63,794 nt of DNA, from the IMG/VR virus record IMGVR_UViG_3300037440_000749, positions 1 through 63,794 of that record; one strand, 5' to 3'. This document shows positions 9,484 through 18,004 of this stretch, in pieces. Below the pieces are notes generated by a model. That model worked only from the letters and a program-made list of their open reading frames with translations. It had not been told where the DNA came from and made no database searches. The position numbers and the translations under genes were made by a program. The stretch is from a virus (taxonomy: Duplodnaviria; Caudoviricetes). The stretch's first letter is position 1. The number at the start of each line of letters is the position of its first letter.

Positions 9484-9858
9484 ATGCTTCCCCTGCTCCT
9501 CGTGCTTATCCTCAGCCTTCCGCTCACCCTAGTGCACGCCTCGCATGTGCCCTCCCTGGCCTGGATGGGCGGTCTGTCCGGCAACGGTCCCTGTTGCGGG
9601 ACCTACGATTGTGTCGAAGCCACGGTCGTGCTTCTCGGCTTTGAGGCCGAACATACCTTGGTGCAGGTTGGGGAAACGGTCCTGACCCTCCCATCAACCT
9701 GGGTGCATCCCTCAGAAGATGGCCAGGGCTGGTGGTGTTTTTCCCCCGCCGCGCCCATCCAGACCTACCGTGATGTTCATGGAGTGCGGCGTGCCGTCGC
9801 TCCAGCGGTGCCGACGAAAGCCAATAGCCGCTGCGTCTTCTATCACGCCGCGTGGTAA
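9484..9858 (+). CDS. Small exported Cys-rich protein
   Basis: Signal-peptide-like N-terminus ending VHA; CC...DC...WCF...C pattern. Confidence 0.7.
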   Translation: MLPLLLVLILSLPLTLVHASHVPSLAWMGGLSGNGPCCGTYDCVEATVVLLGFEAEHTLVQVGETVLTLPSTWVHPSEDGQGWWCFSPAAPIQTYRDVHGVRRAVAPAVPTKANSRCVFYHAAW

Positions 9859-10123
9859 ACAGGAGCCCCCTCATGCGAGACACCTATGACTTGATGCACG
9901 ACACCACCGCGACCCTGGCCCTCTACCCTGGCCGCGAGGACGGCGAGGTGGCCCGCTACCGCCCGCCTCACCGGCAGCGTGACGTCTTTATCCCGCGCTA
10001 CCGCCAGGGGCAAGCCCGGCGCGGCCTGGCGAAGACTGAGGTAGCAAGGCGAATGGGGCTGGTCCAACGGTAACGTGACCATCGCCCCAGGAGATATCCC
10101 CAAAAACCAAGAAGGAAAAGCGT

Positions 10124-10759
10124 ATGTCACGGTATCTCATTCAGTCCCATGGAGATGGTTACGATCTCTGGATACAAGATAGCCAGACACAAGAACCTTT
10201 GACACCGTTCTGTGAGGATACCCCAGAGAACTTTGCGCGACTCAAAGTCTTGCGCGACCGACTTGAACTGGGTGAGAACCTTGATTATAGCGCACGGTTT
10301 AAAACGATGCGTCATATGGAAACCGTCAGGAATTACCTTCAGGCATGTATCCATGAACTCTTATGCCGCGCTGCAGCGCATGATCAAACCAAGTTGGAGT
10401 CTCCGGAAGTGGAAGCCTTTGACGCGATTACGCATGAGCTGCGGGGGATGACCTATGGATCTGAGGAATACAAAGCCACGCTCAAGAAGTACCAACCAGC
10501 CATTGATCATCATTACCATTTCAACCGACACCATCCGGAATATCATGGCACCGTAGAAGGCATGAACCTCATCGACCTGCTAGAGATGCTCTGCGACTGG
10601 AAAGCCGCAACCATGCGTCATGATGATGGGAATCTTCACACCTCGATCACGATCAACAAGGAACGATTTCAGTACGGGGAACAACTGGCGCAGATCTTTC
10701 GCAATACGGCAATTTGGCTCGAAGAAACGCGCGTGTTTCACAAAGCACATGAATCATAA
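10124..10759 (+). CDS. HD-like protein (DUF5662-like)
   Basis: HDQTK, HHYHFNRHHPEY and EMLCDWKAA motifs. Confidence 0.8.
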   Translation: MSRYLIQSHGDGYDLWIQDSQTQEPLTPFCEDTPENFARLKVLRDRLELGENLDYSARFKTMRHMETVRNYLQACIHELLCRAAAHDQTKLESPEVEAFDAITHELRGMTYGSEEYKATLKKYQPAIDHHYHFNRHHPEYHGTVEGMNLIDLLEMLCDWKAATMRHDDGNLHTSITINKERFQYGEQLAQIFRNTAIWLEETRVFHKAHES

Positions 10760-10770
10760 AGGACTCGCCT

Positions 10771-11304
10771 ATGCTGCATCACCCCTTGCCCTACAAGCTC
10801 CTCATTCTGGACGTCGACGGTACGCTCCGCCGCTGCGTCATCCCTGGCCAGCCCTGCCCCAATAAGCCTGGGGAATGGGAGGTGCTGCCGAATGTCAAGG
10901 CGACGCTGGCACGCTACAACTCGTTTACGACCGGGATCGCCCTGGCCACCAATCAAGGCGGCGTGGCGTTGGGCTATCTGAGTGCGACGATGGCGGCGGA
11001 GCTGTGCGAAGTCCTGCTTGACGACCTTCTTGAGGACTCCGAGTCTTACCGAAGCGTCTATCTGTGCCCGCACGGCCTGACGGAGTATTGCCACTGCCGC
11101 AAGCCATCACCATTCATGCTCCTGCTCGCCGTACACGACTTCAACGCGCGGCGGCAGGACCTGGTAGGCTTGCCCCAGGTGCTCTATGTCGGTGATCAAC
11201 CCAGCGACCAGGAAGCGGCGCGCCGGGCGGGCATCGATTTCCATTGGGCAAGTGACTTTTTCGGCTGGCCGGAGCCCTCGCCGATCTATCAACCGGCGTG
11301 GTGA
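10771..11304 (+). CDS. HAD-IIIA phosphatase (GmhB/HisB-like)
   Basis: DVDGT, TNQGG, CPH...CHCRKP, VGD...D motifs. Confidence 0.9.
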   Translation: MLHHPLPYKLLILDVDGTLRRCVIPGQPCPNKPGEWEVLPNVKATLARYNSFTTGIALATNQGGVALGYLSATMAAELCEVLLDDLLEDSESYRSVYLCPHGLTEYCHCRKPSPFMLLLAVHDFNARRQDLVGLPQVLYVGDQPSDQEAARRAGIDFHWASDFFGWPEPSPIYQPAW

Positions 11305-11315
11305 AAGGAGCCCCC

Positions 11316-11618
11316 ATGCCCCACCCCTGGACCCGTCAGGATGCCCTGGCCTATCTCGCGGCGTATGCTGAGCGCCACGGAATGCCCAAGAACGCCACGG
11401 CCTGGCGGGAGGCGCCGGGCCATCCCTCGTATATCGTCTTGCAACGGCTCTTCGGGCGTGACCAGACCTGGCAGCGCTTTCTTGCGGCGTACGAGGATGG
11501 CCGTGTCGATGTAGACCCCGATCCCATGTCGCCGTATACGCGACTCAGCCGCGACCTATTCACCACAGCGCTGGCGCGCCTGGAGTGTGCCTGCCCGCGC
11601 TGTGACAGGAGAAGATAA
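11316..11618 (+). CDS. Homing-endonuclease-associated-repeat-like protein
   Basis: WT...HGMP...W...HPS...RLFG..TW pattern. Confidence 0.55.
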   Translation: MPHPWTRQDALAYLAAYAERHGMPKNATAWREAPGHPSYIVLQRLFGRDQTWQRFLAAYEDGRVDVDPDPMSPYTRLSRDLFTTALARLECACPRCDRRR

Positions 11619-11620
11619 CC

Positions 11621-11905
11621 ATGCCGAAATTTGACGTCGTTGAAACCACTATCTACCAGGTCCAAACCCGGCGCCGTGTCGAGGCGAGTAATGAGGATGT
11701 CGCCCGGCGTCAGGGCCAGGTTCGGGCTATTCGCGATGCCGACATCATGCAACAGCTCCTGCAACTGCCCGAGCCGACGACCACAGAGGATCGCCCCGCG
11801 TCGTTCTCGAATCCGGTGGTGCAGCAGGTCCGGCGCTGGACGCTGACCCGCGTCAAGAGCGCCTCGCAGACGATTCAAACCACAGCATTGGAGGTGAAAC
11901 CATGA
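11621..11905 (+). CDS. Hypothetical protein
   Basis: AGGAG RBS, operon packing. Confidence 0.6.
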   Translation: MPKFDVVETTIYQVQTRRRVEASNEDVARRQGQVRAIRDADIMQQLLQLPEPTTTEDRPASFSNPVVQQVRRWTLTRVKSASQTIQTTALEVKP

Positions 11906-12096
11906 ACGTCACCTGCCCGCTCTGTCGCGGGACGAGATATGTGCGCCGGCTCGCGTGGACGACTAGTACAATTTGGCAAGAATCGGCACCCCGCGAAGAG
12001 ACCGGCGCGACGCTGTGCCCTAAATGCCTGGGTGATGGCACGATCGTGCAGGCTGGAGCCCATACAGGCGCAACCAATACGGCGGTGCAACCCTGA
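11902..12096 (+). CDS. Small CxxCxGxG zinc-finger protein
   Basis: CPLCRG and CPKCLGDG; GGAGG RBS. Confidence 0.7.
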   Translation: MNVTCPLCRGTRYVRRLAWTTSTIWQESAPREETGATLCPKCLGDGTIVQAGAHTGATNTAVQP

Positions 12097-12126
12097 CACC
12101 TATGCACATAGGCGGGAGGATTTCTT

Positions 12127-12381
12127 ATGGCACGTCCACGCGAAGCGCATGACTCCCCATTGCGCTGTTGGGCCGACACGGTGCTACAAGATCGACTGCA
12201 ACTCCTGGGACTGCTGTGTGCAATCAATAGAATGACCCCTCACCTGGTTGAGCAGGCGATAGGAAAAGGTTCCAGTTACATGCTTCGCTGGCAAACGGAG
12301 TACCGGGCTTGCGCGTATGAATGGCACCGTCGCCAGGTGAAACAGCAACGATTGCGCCGTCATCGACGGCGCGGGAGGTAA
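12127..12381 (+). CDS. Hypothetical protein
   Basis: GGAGG RBS. Confidence 0.6.
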   Translation: MARPREAHDSPLRCWADTVLQDRLQLLGLLCAINRMTPHLVEQAIGKGSSYMLRWQTEYRACAYEWHRRQVKQQRLRRHRRRGR

Positions 12382-12385
12382 AGCT

Positions 12386-12727
12386 ATGACGCTGCAAATG
12401 CGTTACGACCCCGAGCGAGGCGTCTATCGCGAGTGCCGGTTTTGCGCCGGTTTGGGGTGTCTGGCCTGCCCCGGAGAGGCCCGAAAAGCCTATGATGCAG
12501 CGCAGCCGACCCTCGTGGCCCGGTTCGACATGACGTCCCCGCTCGACCAGGAAACCCTGCGGGCGATCATCCATATTGACCGTGTTCGCCATGCCTTTTC
12601 TCCTGGAGGCGGAGGGCATGATGAACTGGAGGCCGTGGCGCGTGAGAGCTATCTGCACCGACTGCTTCAGGCGTTGCGGACCCGCGTGGCACATACGAAA
12701 CACCTGAGTGGAGGAGGGAGCGCATGA
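12386..12727 (+). CDS. Hypothetical zinc-binding protein
   Basis: CRFCAGLGCLAC; ATGA overlap with the endolysin gene. Confidence 0.65.
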   Translation: MTLQMRYDPERGVYRECRFCAGLGCLACPGEARKAYDAAQPTLVARFDMTSPLDQETLRAIIHIDRVRHAFSPGGGGHDELEAVARESYLHRLLQALRTRVAHTKHLSGGGSA

Positions 12728-13257
12728 CCTCTGAACCGTATTTCACCGCCCTGGGAGCCGTCTTGAAACACGAAGGCGGCTTTAGCGACCACAACGACGA
12801 CCCTGGTGGGGCAACAAACCAGGGGGTCACTCTGGCCACATTTCGCCAGTGGTATGGCGAGCAACAAACCGTCGAGGATCTCCGGCGGATCACCGCCGCA
12901 CAATTGGCTCTGATCTATCACCAGGGCTATTGGGCCGCCTGCCACTGCGACCAGCTGCCTGTGGGCATTGCGTATGTGGTGTTTGACCAGGCCGTTCATT
13001 CCGGCCCACGCCAATCCATGCGCTGGTTGCAAGAGGCGGTTGGGGCCGAGAGGGATGGACTCATGGGGCCGAAGACCCTTACGGCGGTGGGCCAGCATGC
13101 CGCCGGGGACATCATTCGCCAGATGTGCGTCTCCCGGATTCGCTTTCTCCATTCGCTGCACAGCGGCGGCCTCTGGCAGACGTTTGGCCGGGGCTGGCAA
13201 CGCCGCGTTGACGGGGTGTGCGCACGAGGGCTCCAGATGACCTGGGGCGAGGGATGA
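12724..13257 (+). CDS. Endolysin, glycoside hydrolase family 108 with peptidoglycan-binding domain
   Basis: HEGGFSDHNDDPGGATNQGVT, FDQAVHSG, FGRGWQRR. Confidence 0.95.
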   Translation: MTSEPYFTALGAVLKHEGGFSDHNDDPGGATNQGVTLATFRQWYGEQQTVEDLRRITAAQLALIYHQGYWAACHCDQLPVGIAYVVFDQAVHSGPRQSMRWLQEAVGAERDGLMGPKTLTAVGQHAAGDIIRQMCVSRIRFLHSLHSGGLWQTFGRGWQRRVDGVCARGLQMTWGEG

Positions 13258-13418
13258 TGACGCCTCTCACCCGTCTCAGCACCCGCCAGTACCGGCGCCA
13301 GCTATGCCCCAGGACGCCGACCCTCGCCGCCATGCCCTGGTGGTTTCGGGCCCTGCTGATCGCGGCGGGGTATATCGTGGTGGCGTGGCTCGAGGTGGTG
13401 TTTTCCCCTGCTCCGTAG
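13254..13418 (+). CDS. Small membrane protein (possible lysis accessory)
   Basis: One hydrophobic segment; ATGA overlap with the endolysin gene. Confidence 0.45.
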   Translation: MMTPLTRLSTRQYRRQLCPRTPTLAAMPWWFRALLIAAGYIVVAWLEVVFSPAP

Positions 13419-13459
13419 CCCTGCCCGTGCCCAACACACAGAACCCGCCATCATAGTGC

Positions 13460-13488
13460 TTGACAAGCCCGCCGTAGCCGTGTATGGT
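13460..13488 (+). promoter_or_regulatory. Sigma70-type promoter ahead of the exported-protein block
   Basis: TTGACA-N17-TATGGT in an intergenic gap. Confidence 0.65.
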
Positions 13489-13546
13489 GTGCATGCCTCT
13501 GTCTTTGTGCGTGTGATCGCCATTACGCTCTGCCATGGGAGGTCCT

Positions 13547-14338
13547 ATGCCTTGTGTGTTGCTTGCCTTCACGCTGCTGCTTCTGTGGCCTGCCTTTGCT
13601 GTCGCCCAAACCTCCTGCTTGCTGGCCTGGCAAGCGCCACTCACCATGGAGAACGGCGAGCCACTCACCCAGGTAGATTTCTACACAGCGTATCAAAGCG
13701 ACAATGCTGTGTTTATGACCTCAGTCGTGACAAAAATTGATGGAGACGCGGTAACGCAGGCACTCCCCTGTACGGATGGGCAGTATTTTTATCTGACCGC
13801 CACGGCCTGTACCAATCCCATGGCGCAGACAGGGTGCCAAGAGAGCAAACCTAGCAACGTGATACAGGCCCAAAAGCCTCTTGCTGTCACGATCCCCAGT
13901 CCGCCGACGCTGATTGTCATTGACCTGGGGCCTTCACCGGTACCCGTAGAGCCCCCGCCCGACCCGATCACCATCCCTAACGTAGGCTACTACCTCTTGC
14001 TGAGTCCTCATGCCGACCGGAGGGAACCTGTCGCGCTCGATGGGCAAGTGCTCTCGGGCACGGTGTATGTCTTTGCTGAGCGCGTGGTACATCTGGCTTT
14101 TCAAGAGCCTCCCGCCATCACGCGGGTGAACTTCTGGCTCGTGCCTCTGCCTACGGCCAGTAATCCGTATCGTAGTGAGAATGGGTATCCATACGATCTG
14201 GGCGGAGGGAGCGCCACACAAGCCGATCCCTGGGACACGCGCATGCTGCCCAATGGCGAGCAGACGATTAGTGCCCGGTTTCTGCTGGACGATGGCACGC
14301 GGGAAGAGGTGAGTGCCACCGTCACGGTGGCGAATTGA
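13547..14338 (+). CDS. Exported protein with FnIII/Ig-like domains
   Basis: Signal peptide; LAWQAP...YFYLTA...ESKPSN FnIII-like pattern, Pro-rich linker, Ig-like WDT...NG C-terminal domain. Confidence 0.7.
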   Translation: MPCVLLAFTLLLLWPAFAVAQTSCLLAWQAPLTMENGEPLTQVDFYTAYQSDNAVFMTSVVTKIDGDAVTQALPCTDGQYFYLTATACTNPMAQTGCQESKPSNVIQAQKPLAVTIPSPPTLIVIDLGPSPVPVEPPPDPITIPNVGYYLLLSPHADRREPVALDGQVLSGTVYVFAERVVHLAFQEPPAITRVNFWLVPLPTASNPYRSENGYPYDLGGGSATQADPWDTRMLPNGEQTISARFLLDDGTREEVSATVTVAN

Positions 14339-14351
14339 GGAGCAGTGACTC

Positions 14352-14702
14352 GTGACAAGCAAAGCAGTGAATAGCCAGGAAGTGGAGAGCAGCGACTTCG
14401 GCCTACGCATCGCTGGCGAATGCGCCATGCGTGATGACGGCCGGGAGATACCCATCCAGCCGACGTATCCCTCCCTTCGCCAGATCGTCCACCTCGGTAC
14501 TCAAATCGTCCAGGGGCAAGTGGTGTCGCTCTTAGGGGAAATTCAGGCGCATGAAGTCACAGCACGACGCCAGATTGCCACGCCCTTCCCCGATCTGATG
14601 GCACTGCCGGGAATCCTGGAAGCGAGCCAGGCACTGCTCCAGCATCATGAGGCGGTGCTGAAAGCCAAGGCCGCCTGGGAGGGAGAGAAGCGTGCCGTAT
14701 AG
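14352..14702 (+). CDS. Hypothetical protein (start uncertain)
   Basis: ORF fills the gap; its 5' part overlaps heptamer repeats. Confidence 0.45.
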   Translation: MTSKAVNSQEVESSDFGLRIAGECAMRDDGREIPIQPTYPSLRQIVHLGTQIVQGQVVSLLGEIQAHEVTARRQIATPFPDLMALPGILEASQALLQHHEAVLKAKAAWEGEKRAV

Positions 14703-15660
14703 CAAGACCGTTGACGTCGACGAACTCCTGCTCTGGACTGGTGGGGCCACCGGGGATATCCCCTACTGGAACGGCAGCGCCTTTGTGCCCAGCGTGCTCA
14801 CCTATGTTGACGCGGCGCAAGATGAGCTGGTGGTCAACGAGGCCGGGGCTGATGTCGACTTTCGTGTTGAGGCGGTGGGGCAGACCAATGCGGTGGTTGT
14901 GCAGGGGAGTGATGGCAAGGTAGGCATTGGGACAGGGAGCCCCTCCGATCTCCTTGATGTGCGGGGCGATGTGTGGTTTGGGCAGCATAGTACGGCGTCC
15001 TTGATTAAGATAGGGGCAATCGGCAATAACAATTTTGGTTCATTATCAAAGTTTTCTCTCAAGTTTAATGGGAGGCAGACGCTAGATTACAATGTCACTG
15101 ATGGCTCCCTCGATATCAGTGCGCCTGTGCTGAATTATATTCGCCTGAACCACCGCACTATAGTGGGGACAGGCACTATTGTCGCAGGCATTGGCTTGGC
15201 AGTGATGAACGGCAAAGTCGGCATTGGGACAGTAGCCCCTGGCACTCAGCTCACCGTGTATGAGTCCACCGCGCAGACCAATACGGTCCAGAATCTCTTC
15301 ACCCTGAATCATTTCTCGACGGCAACGCCCGTCGCCGGATTCGGCGGGGGCATCAGCCTCAAGCTGAAATCGTCCGTCACGGCGGACCGCGACGCGGCGG
15401 CTATCGAGTGGCTCTGGAATGTCCCGACCGACGCCGTGCGCCAGGGCGAGCTGATCCTGTCCGCCTACGACACGGCGAAGCGTCGCGGCGTCCATATCCG
15501 AGCGAGTGGAACTGCTCCAGAGCTAGGGTTTCTGGAGGCTGATCCTGTGCCTCGTCAGGCGCATATTGCTGACGCCAGTGGCGGTGGGGGCAATATCGAC
15601 GCTACGGTCAACGCCATCCTGGACGCGTTGGAAGCCTTTGGTCTGGTGGCGACGTCGTAA
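14692..15660 (+). CDS. Fibre-like structural protein
   Basis: VVNEAGADVDFRVE, two GKVGIGT..P motifs, C-terminal VNAILDALEAFGLVA typical of phage fibres. Confidence 0.7.
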   Translation: MPYSKTVDVDELLLWTGGATGDIPYWNGSAFVPSVLTYVDAAQDELVVNEAGADVDFRVEAVGQTNAVVVQGSDGKVGIGTGSPSDLLDVRGDVWFGQHSTASLIKIGAIGNNNFGSLSKFSLKFNGRQTLDYNVTDGSLDISAPVLNYIRLNHRTIVGTGTIVAGIGLAVMNGKVGIGTVAPGTQLTVYESTAQTNTVQNLFTLNHFSTATPVAGFGGGISLKLKSSVTADRDAAAIEWLWNVPTDAVRQGELILSAYDTAKRRGVHIRASGTAPELGFLEADPVPRQAHIADASGGGGNIDATVNAILDALEAFGLVATS

Positions 15661-15661
15661 G

Positions 15662-15755
15662 AGAGTGGATAGTCGATAGCGAAGAAGTGACTAGCGGGAA
15701 AACTTCACGCGATGCTGTCCTGGCTATCCCCTATTCACTCGTCACTATTCACTGT
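15662..15755. repeat. Inverted heptamer-repeat element
   Basis: AGTGGAT/AGTGACT units followed by complementary CTATTCA/CTCGTCA units. Confidence 0.75.
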
Positions 15756-15772
15756 TTCCAGAAAGGAAACTC

Positions 15773-16036
15773 ATGGCCACTGAAGCCCGGAAAAATGATT
15801 TTGCGACCCTGGTCCGCCAGCAGACGCGGGTGTTGTGGGACACGTATCACAGCCTCCTCAGCCTGCAAGATGAGTGGGATGCACAGGACTACACCGCGTC
15901 GCTCGCCTCTGGCCTTGCTGGTGAGAATGCGGAGATCACGGTAGGCCAGCTCAGCTCCGTGGTCTTTGACACGACGAATGCGGTCAAGGTGTTAATGGAT
16001 GGAGGCCACGCGACGAACGTCACGAATATTTTGTAA
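15773..16036 (+). CDS. Hypothetical (putative structural) protein
   Basis: AAGGA RBS, clean ORF. Confidence 0.7.
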   Translation: MATEARKNDFATLVRQQTRVLWDTYHSLLSLQDEWDAQDYTASLASGLAGENAEITVGQLSSVVFDTTNAVKVLMDGGHATNVTNIL

Positions 16037-16048
16037 GGTGGATGACCT

Positions 16049-16825
16049 ATGTCCGGAGAAATCGTTATTGACGCTCCTGCCCTCTCGGGTAGTACGCTCT
16101 TCGCCCTGCTCTTTAATGATACCGGGCTGGTGTGGGATAGCGTCGATGAGCAAGACGAGGTCTTCACTGATGCGCAGATTGGGCAGTACGACATTGCGCT
16201 GGCAGAACAGGGCACCGCCAGTGGGCTCTTCGCTGGCGATATGCCGGCCAATGTGCCTGCAAGCATGCGCTGGTATAGCGTGCGACGGCAAGCCGGGGGA
16301 AGCCCGGCGGTCACAGACCCGGCCGTTGGCGGCAGTGAAGTCCGCGCCTGGACGGGCACGGCCTGGTTAGATCTGAATACGCTGGGCGGCGCCACTGCCG
16401 AGGCAGTCCGGGAGGAGATAGACGCCAATAGCACACAACTGGCGGCGATTATTGTCGATACCGAGGATCTGCAGAACCGGGTGCCCGCCGCCCTGACGGG
16501 CGCTGGCCACATGCCGAGTGACCTGCTGGCCTTGAACGGCGTGGTCGCCTCTGCGGCGAAGCTCGAACGGTCCGCCTCAACGATTGTCACCGGCACGGTG
16601 GATACCGGAACCTTTAGCCCGACGGCGACGGAGTTTGAGGCCGATGACATTACCGAGGCCACGGCCGATCATTACAACGGGCGGGTGATTCTGTTCACGT
16701 CAGGCGCCTTGCTTGGCCAGGCGACGGACATTATGGATTACGCGCTGGCGGGCAGTAACGGGCACTTCACGGTGACGAGCTTGACCGAGCCGCCCGGCAA
16801 TGACGCGACGTTTGTGATTGTGTAG
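16049..16825 (+). CDS. Acidic putative structural protein
   Basis: Beta-rich acidic ORF; DHYNGRVILFTSG...DY C-terminal module. Confidence 0.7.
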   Translation: MSGEIVIDAPALSGSTLFALLFNDTGLVWDSVDEQDEVFTDAQIGQYDIALAEQGTASGLFAGDMPANVPASMRWYSVRRQAGGSPAVTDPAVGGSEVRAWTGTAWLDLNTLGGATAEAVREEIDANSTQLAAIIVDTEDLQNRVPAALTGAGHMPSDLLALNGVVASAAKLERSASTIVTGTVDTGTFSPTATEFEADDITEATADHYNGRVILFTSGALLGQATDIMDYALAGSNGHFTVTSLTEPPGNDATFVIV

Positions 16826-16826
16826 C

Positions 16827-17060
16827 ATGGCAGGCATCACCCGACTCAGCCCATCAGGCACGCCTGGCGTCCCGTATAGCCCCTTCGCCGGGAAGAGCAG
16901 TAGTGGAGGCCCCAGACCACCGGGGCAGTATACGCGCTTAGGGGTGATGGCGACTCCCACGCGGCGTTACAGATCGTTCAGTCAGGAAGGCGGGGACGAG
17001 GGCATAGAGAGCCTCTATATCCTGTTACGGCGGCGACGACTCGGCAGGACGGCCGAATGA
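16827..17060 (+). CDS. Small hypothetical protein with internal duplication
   Basis: TRL...TP...Y..F occurs twice; poly-Arg tail. Confidence 0.6.
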   Translation: MAGITRLSPSGTPGVPYSPFAGKSSSGGPRPPGQYTRLGVMATPTRRYRSFSQEGGDEGIESLYILLRRRRLGRTAE

Positions 17061-17067
17061 GGATGTC

Positions 17068-17460
17068 ATGGCAGTCAGCCCGACGGTGTTAAGCGAGGAC
17101 GAGTATCACGTGCTGCTGCAATGGACGCTCACCAGTGCGGACGATGTGGCGTTGCCCTCACCGGCGTTTCCCCATCGCAGTGAGAAGACCGTCGACGTTT
17201 ACGAAGCCGGGGGGAGCGGTTGGAACGGCGCGACCGTGGACGTGCAGGGCGACCTGAACAAGACGGGCACGGGTGAGTTTAAACTGCTCAACTCGATTCC
17301 GCACACGCAAGACTTACGTTTTACGGCGGACTCGACCAAGCAGTGGGTCATTTTGCCCAACGTCACCCGCCTCAAACCCGTCAGGAGCGCCGGCACGTTG
17401 GGCACCGCCGGGGTCATCGTCAAAGTGCTGGTGGTATCATACGTCAAACGTTTTCGTTGA
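17068..17460 (+). CDS. Hypothetical beta-sandwich protein
   Basis: GAGG RBS; GATVDVQG motif. Confidence 0.7.
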   Translation: MAVSPTVLSEDEYHVLLQWTLTSADDVALPSPAFPHRSEKTVDVYEAGGSGWNGATVDVQGDLNKTGTGEFKLLNSIPHTQDLRFTADSTKQWVILPNVTRLKPVRSAGTLGTAGVIVKVLVVSYVKRFR

Positions 17461-17471
17461 AAGGAAACGGC

Positions 17472-17993
17472 ATGGAGCAATCCCCGCCACTTGACCTGGC
17501 TGACACCAAGGCCCTCCTGGCTGAACTGGATGCGTTCTTACGCCTGTTCCATGGCATAGCGCGGGTGCGGGCGTCGCTGGGCACGGAGATCCAGACGCTC
17601 CTGACCCAGGTGCGCGACCGTGAAACGATTCTGGCGCAGTGGGACGCCAGGATTCAGGCCGCGCAGCAGCAGGCCCAGCAGGAAGAATCGGCCGGCAAGC
17701 ACAGCCTGGCCCGACTGCAGCAGGCCATTCACGACTTGCGAGGCACCTACGAGACCAGGCGGGCGGCAGCGGAGCACACGCACGCGGAACAGTGCCAGGC
17801 GTTGCAGGACGCCTATGGCGAGGCTGCCGGAGCACACGCGGCGCGGCTTGAGGCACTGACCGTCAGCGAGCACGAGGCGCTGGCCCAGCATGAAGACCGC
17901 CTGGAAGGCATGCGGCGCGCCGAAGCGCGCGCGCAGGAGCGGCTCAAGGACATTGAAACCCGGCTGGCGTCCTTACGCCAGGCCGTAGGCTAA
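17472..17993 (+). CDS. Coiled-coil protein
   Basis: Ala/Glu/Gln/Arg-rich heptads; AAGGA RBS. Confidence 0.7.
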   Translation: MEQSPPLDLADTKALLAELDAFLRLFHGIARVRASLGTEIQTLLTQVRDRETILAQWDARIQAAQQQAQQEESAGKHSLARLQQAIHDLRGTYETRRAAAEHTHAEQCQALQDAYGEAAGAHAARLEALTVSEHEALAQHEDRLEGMRRAEARAQERLKDIETRLASLRQAVG

Positions 17994-18004
17994 CGGAGGT
18001 GCGT

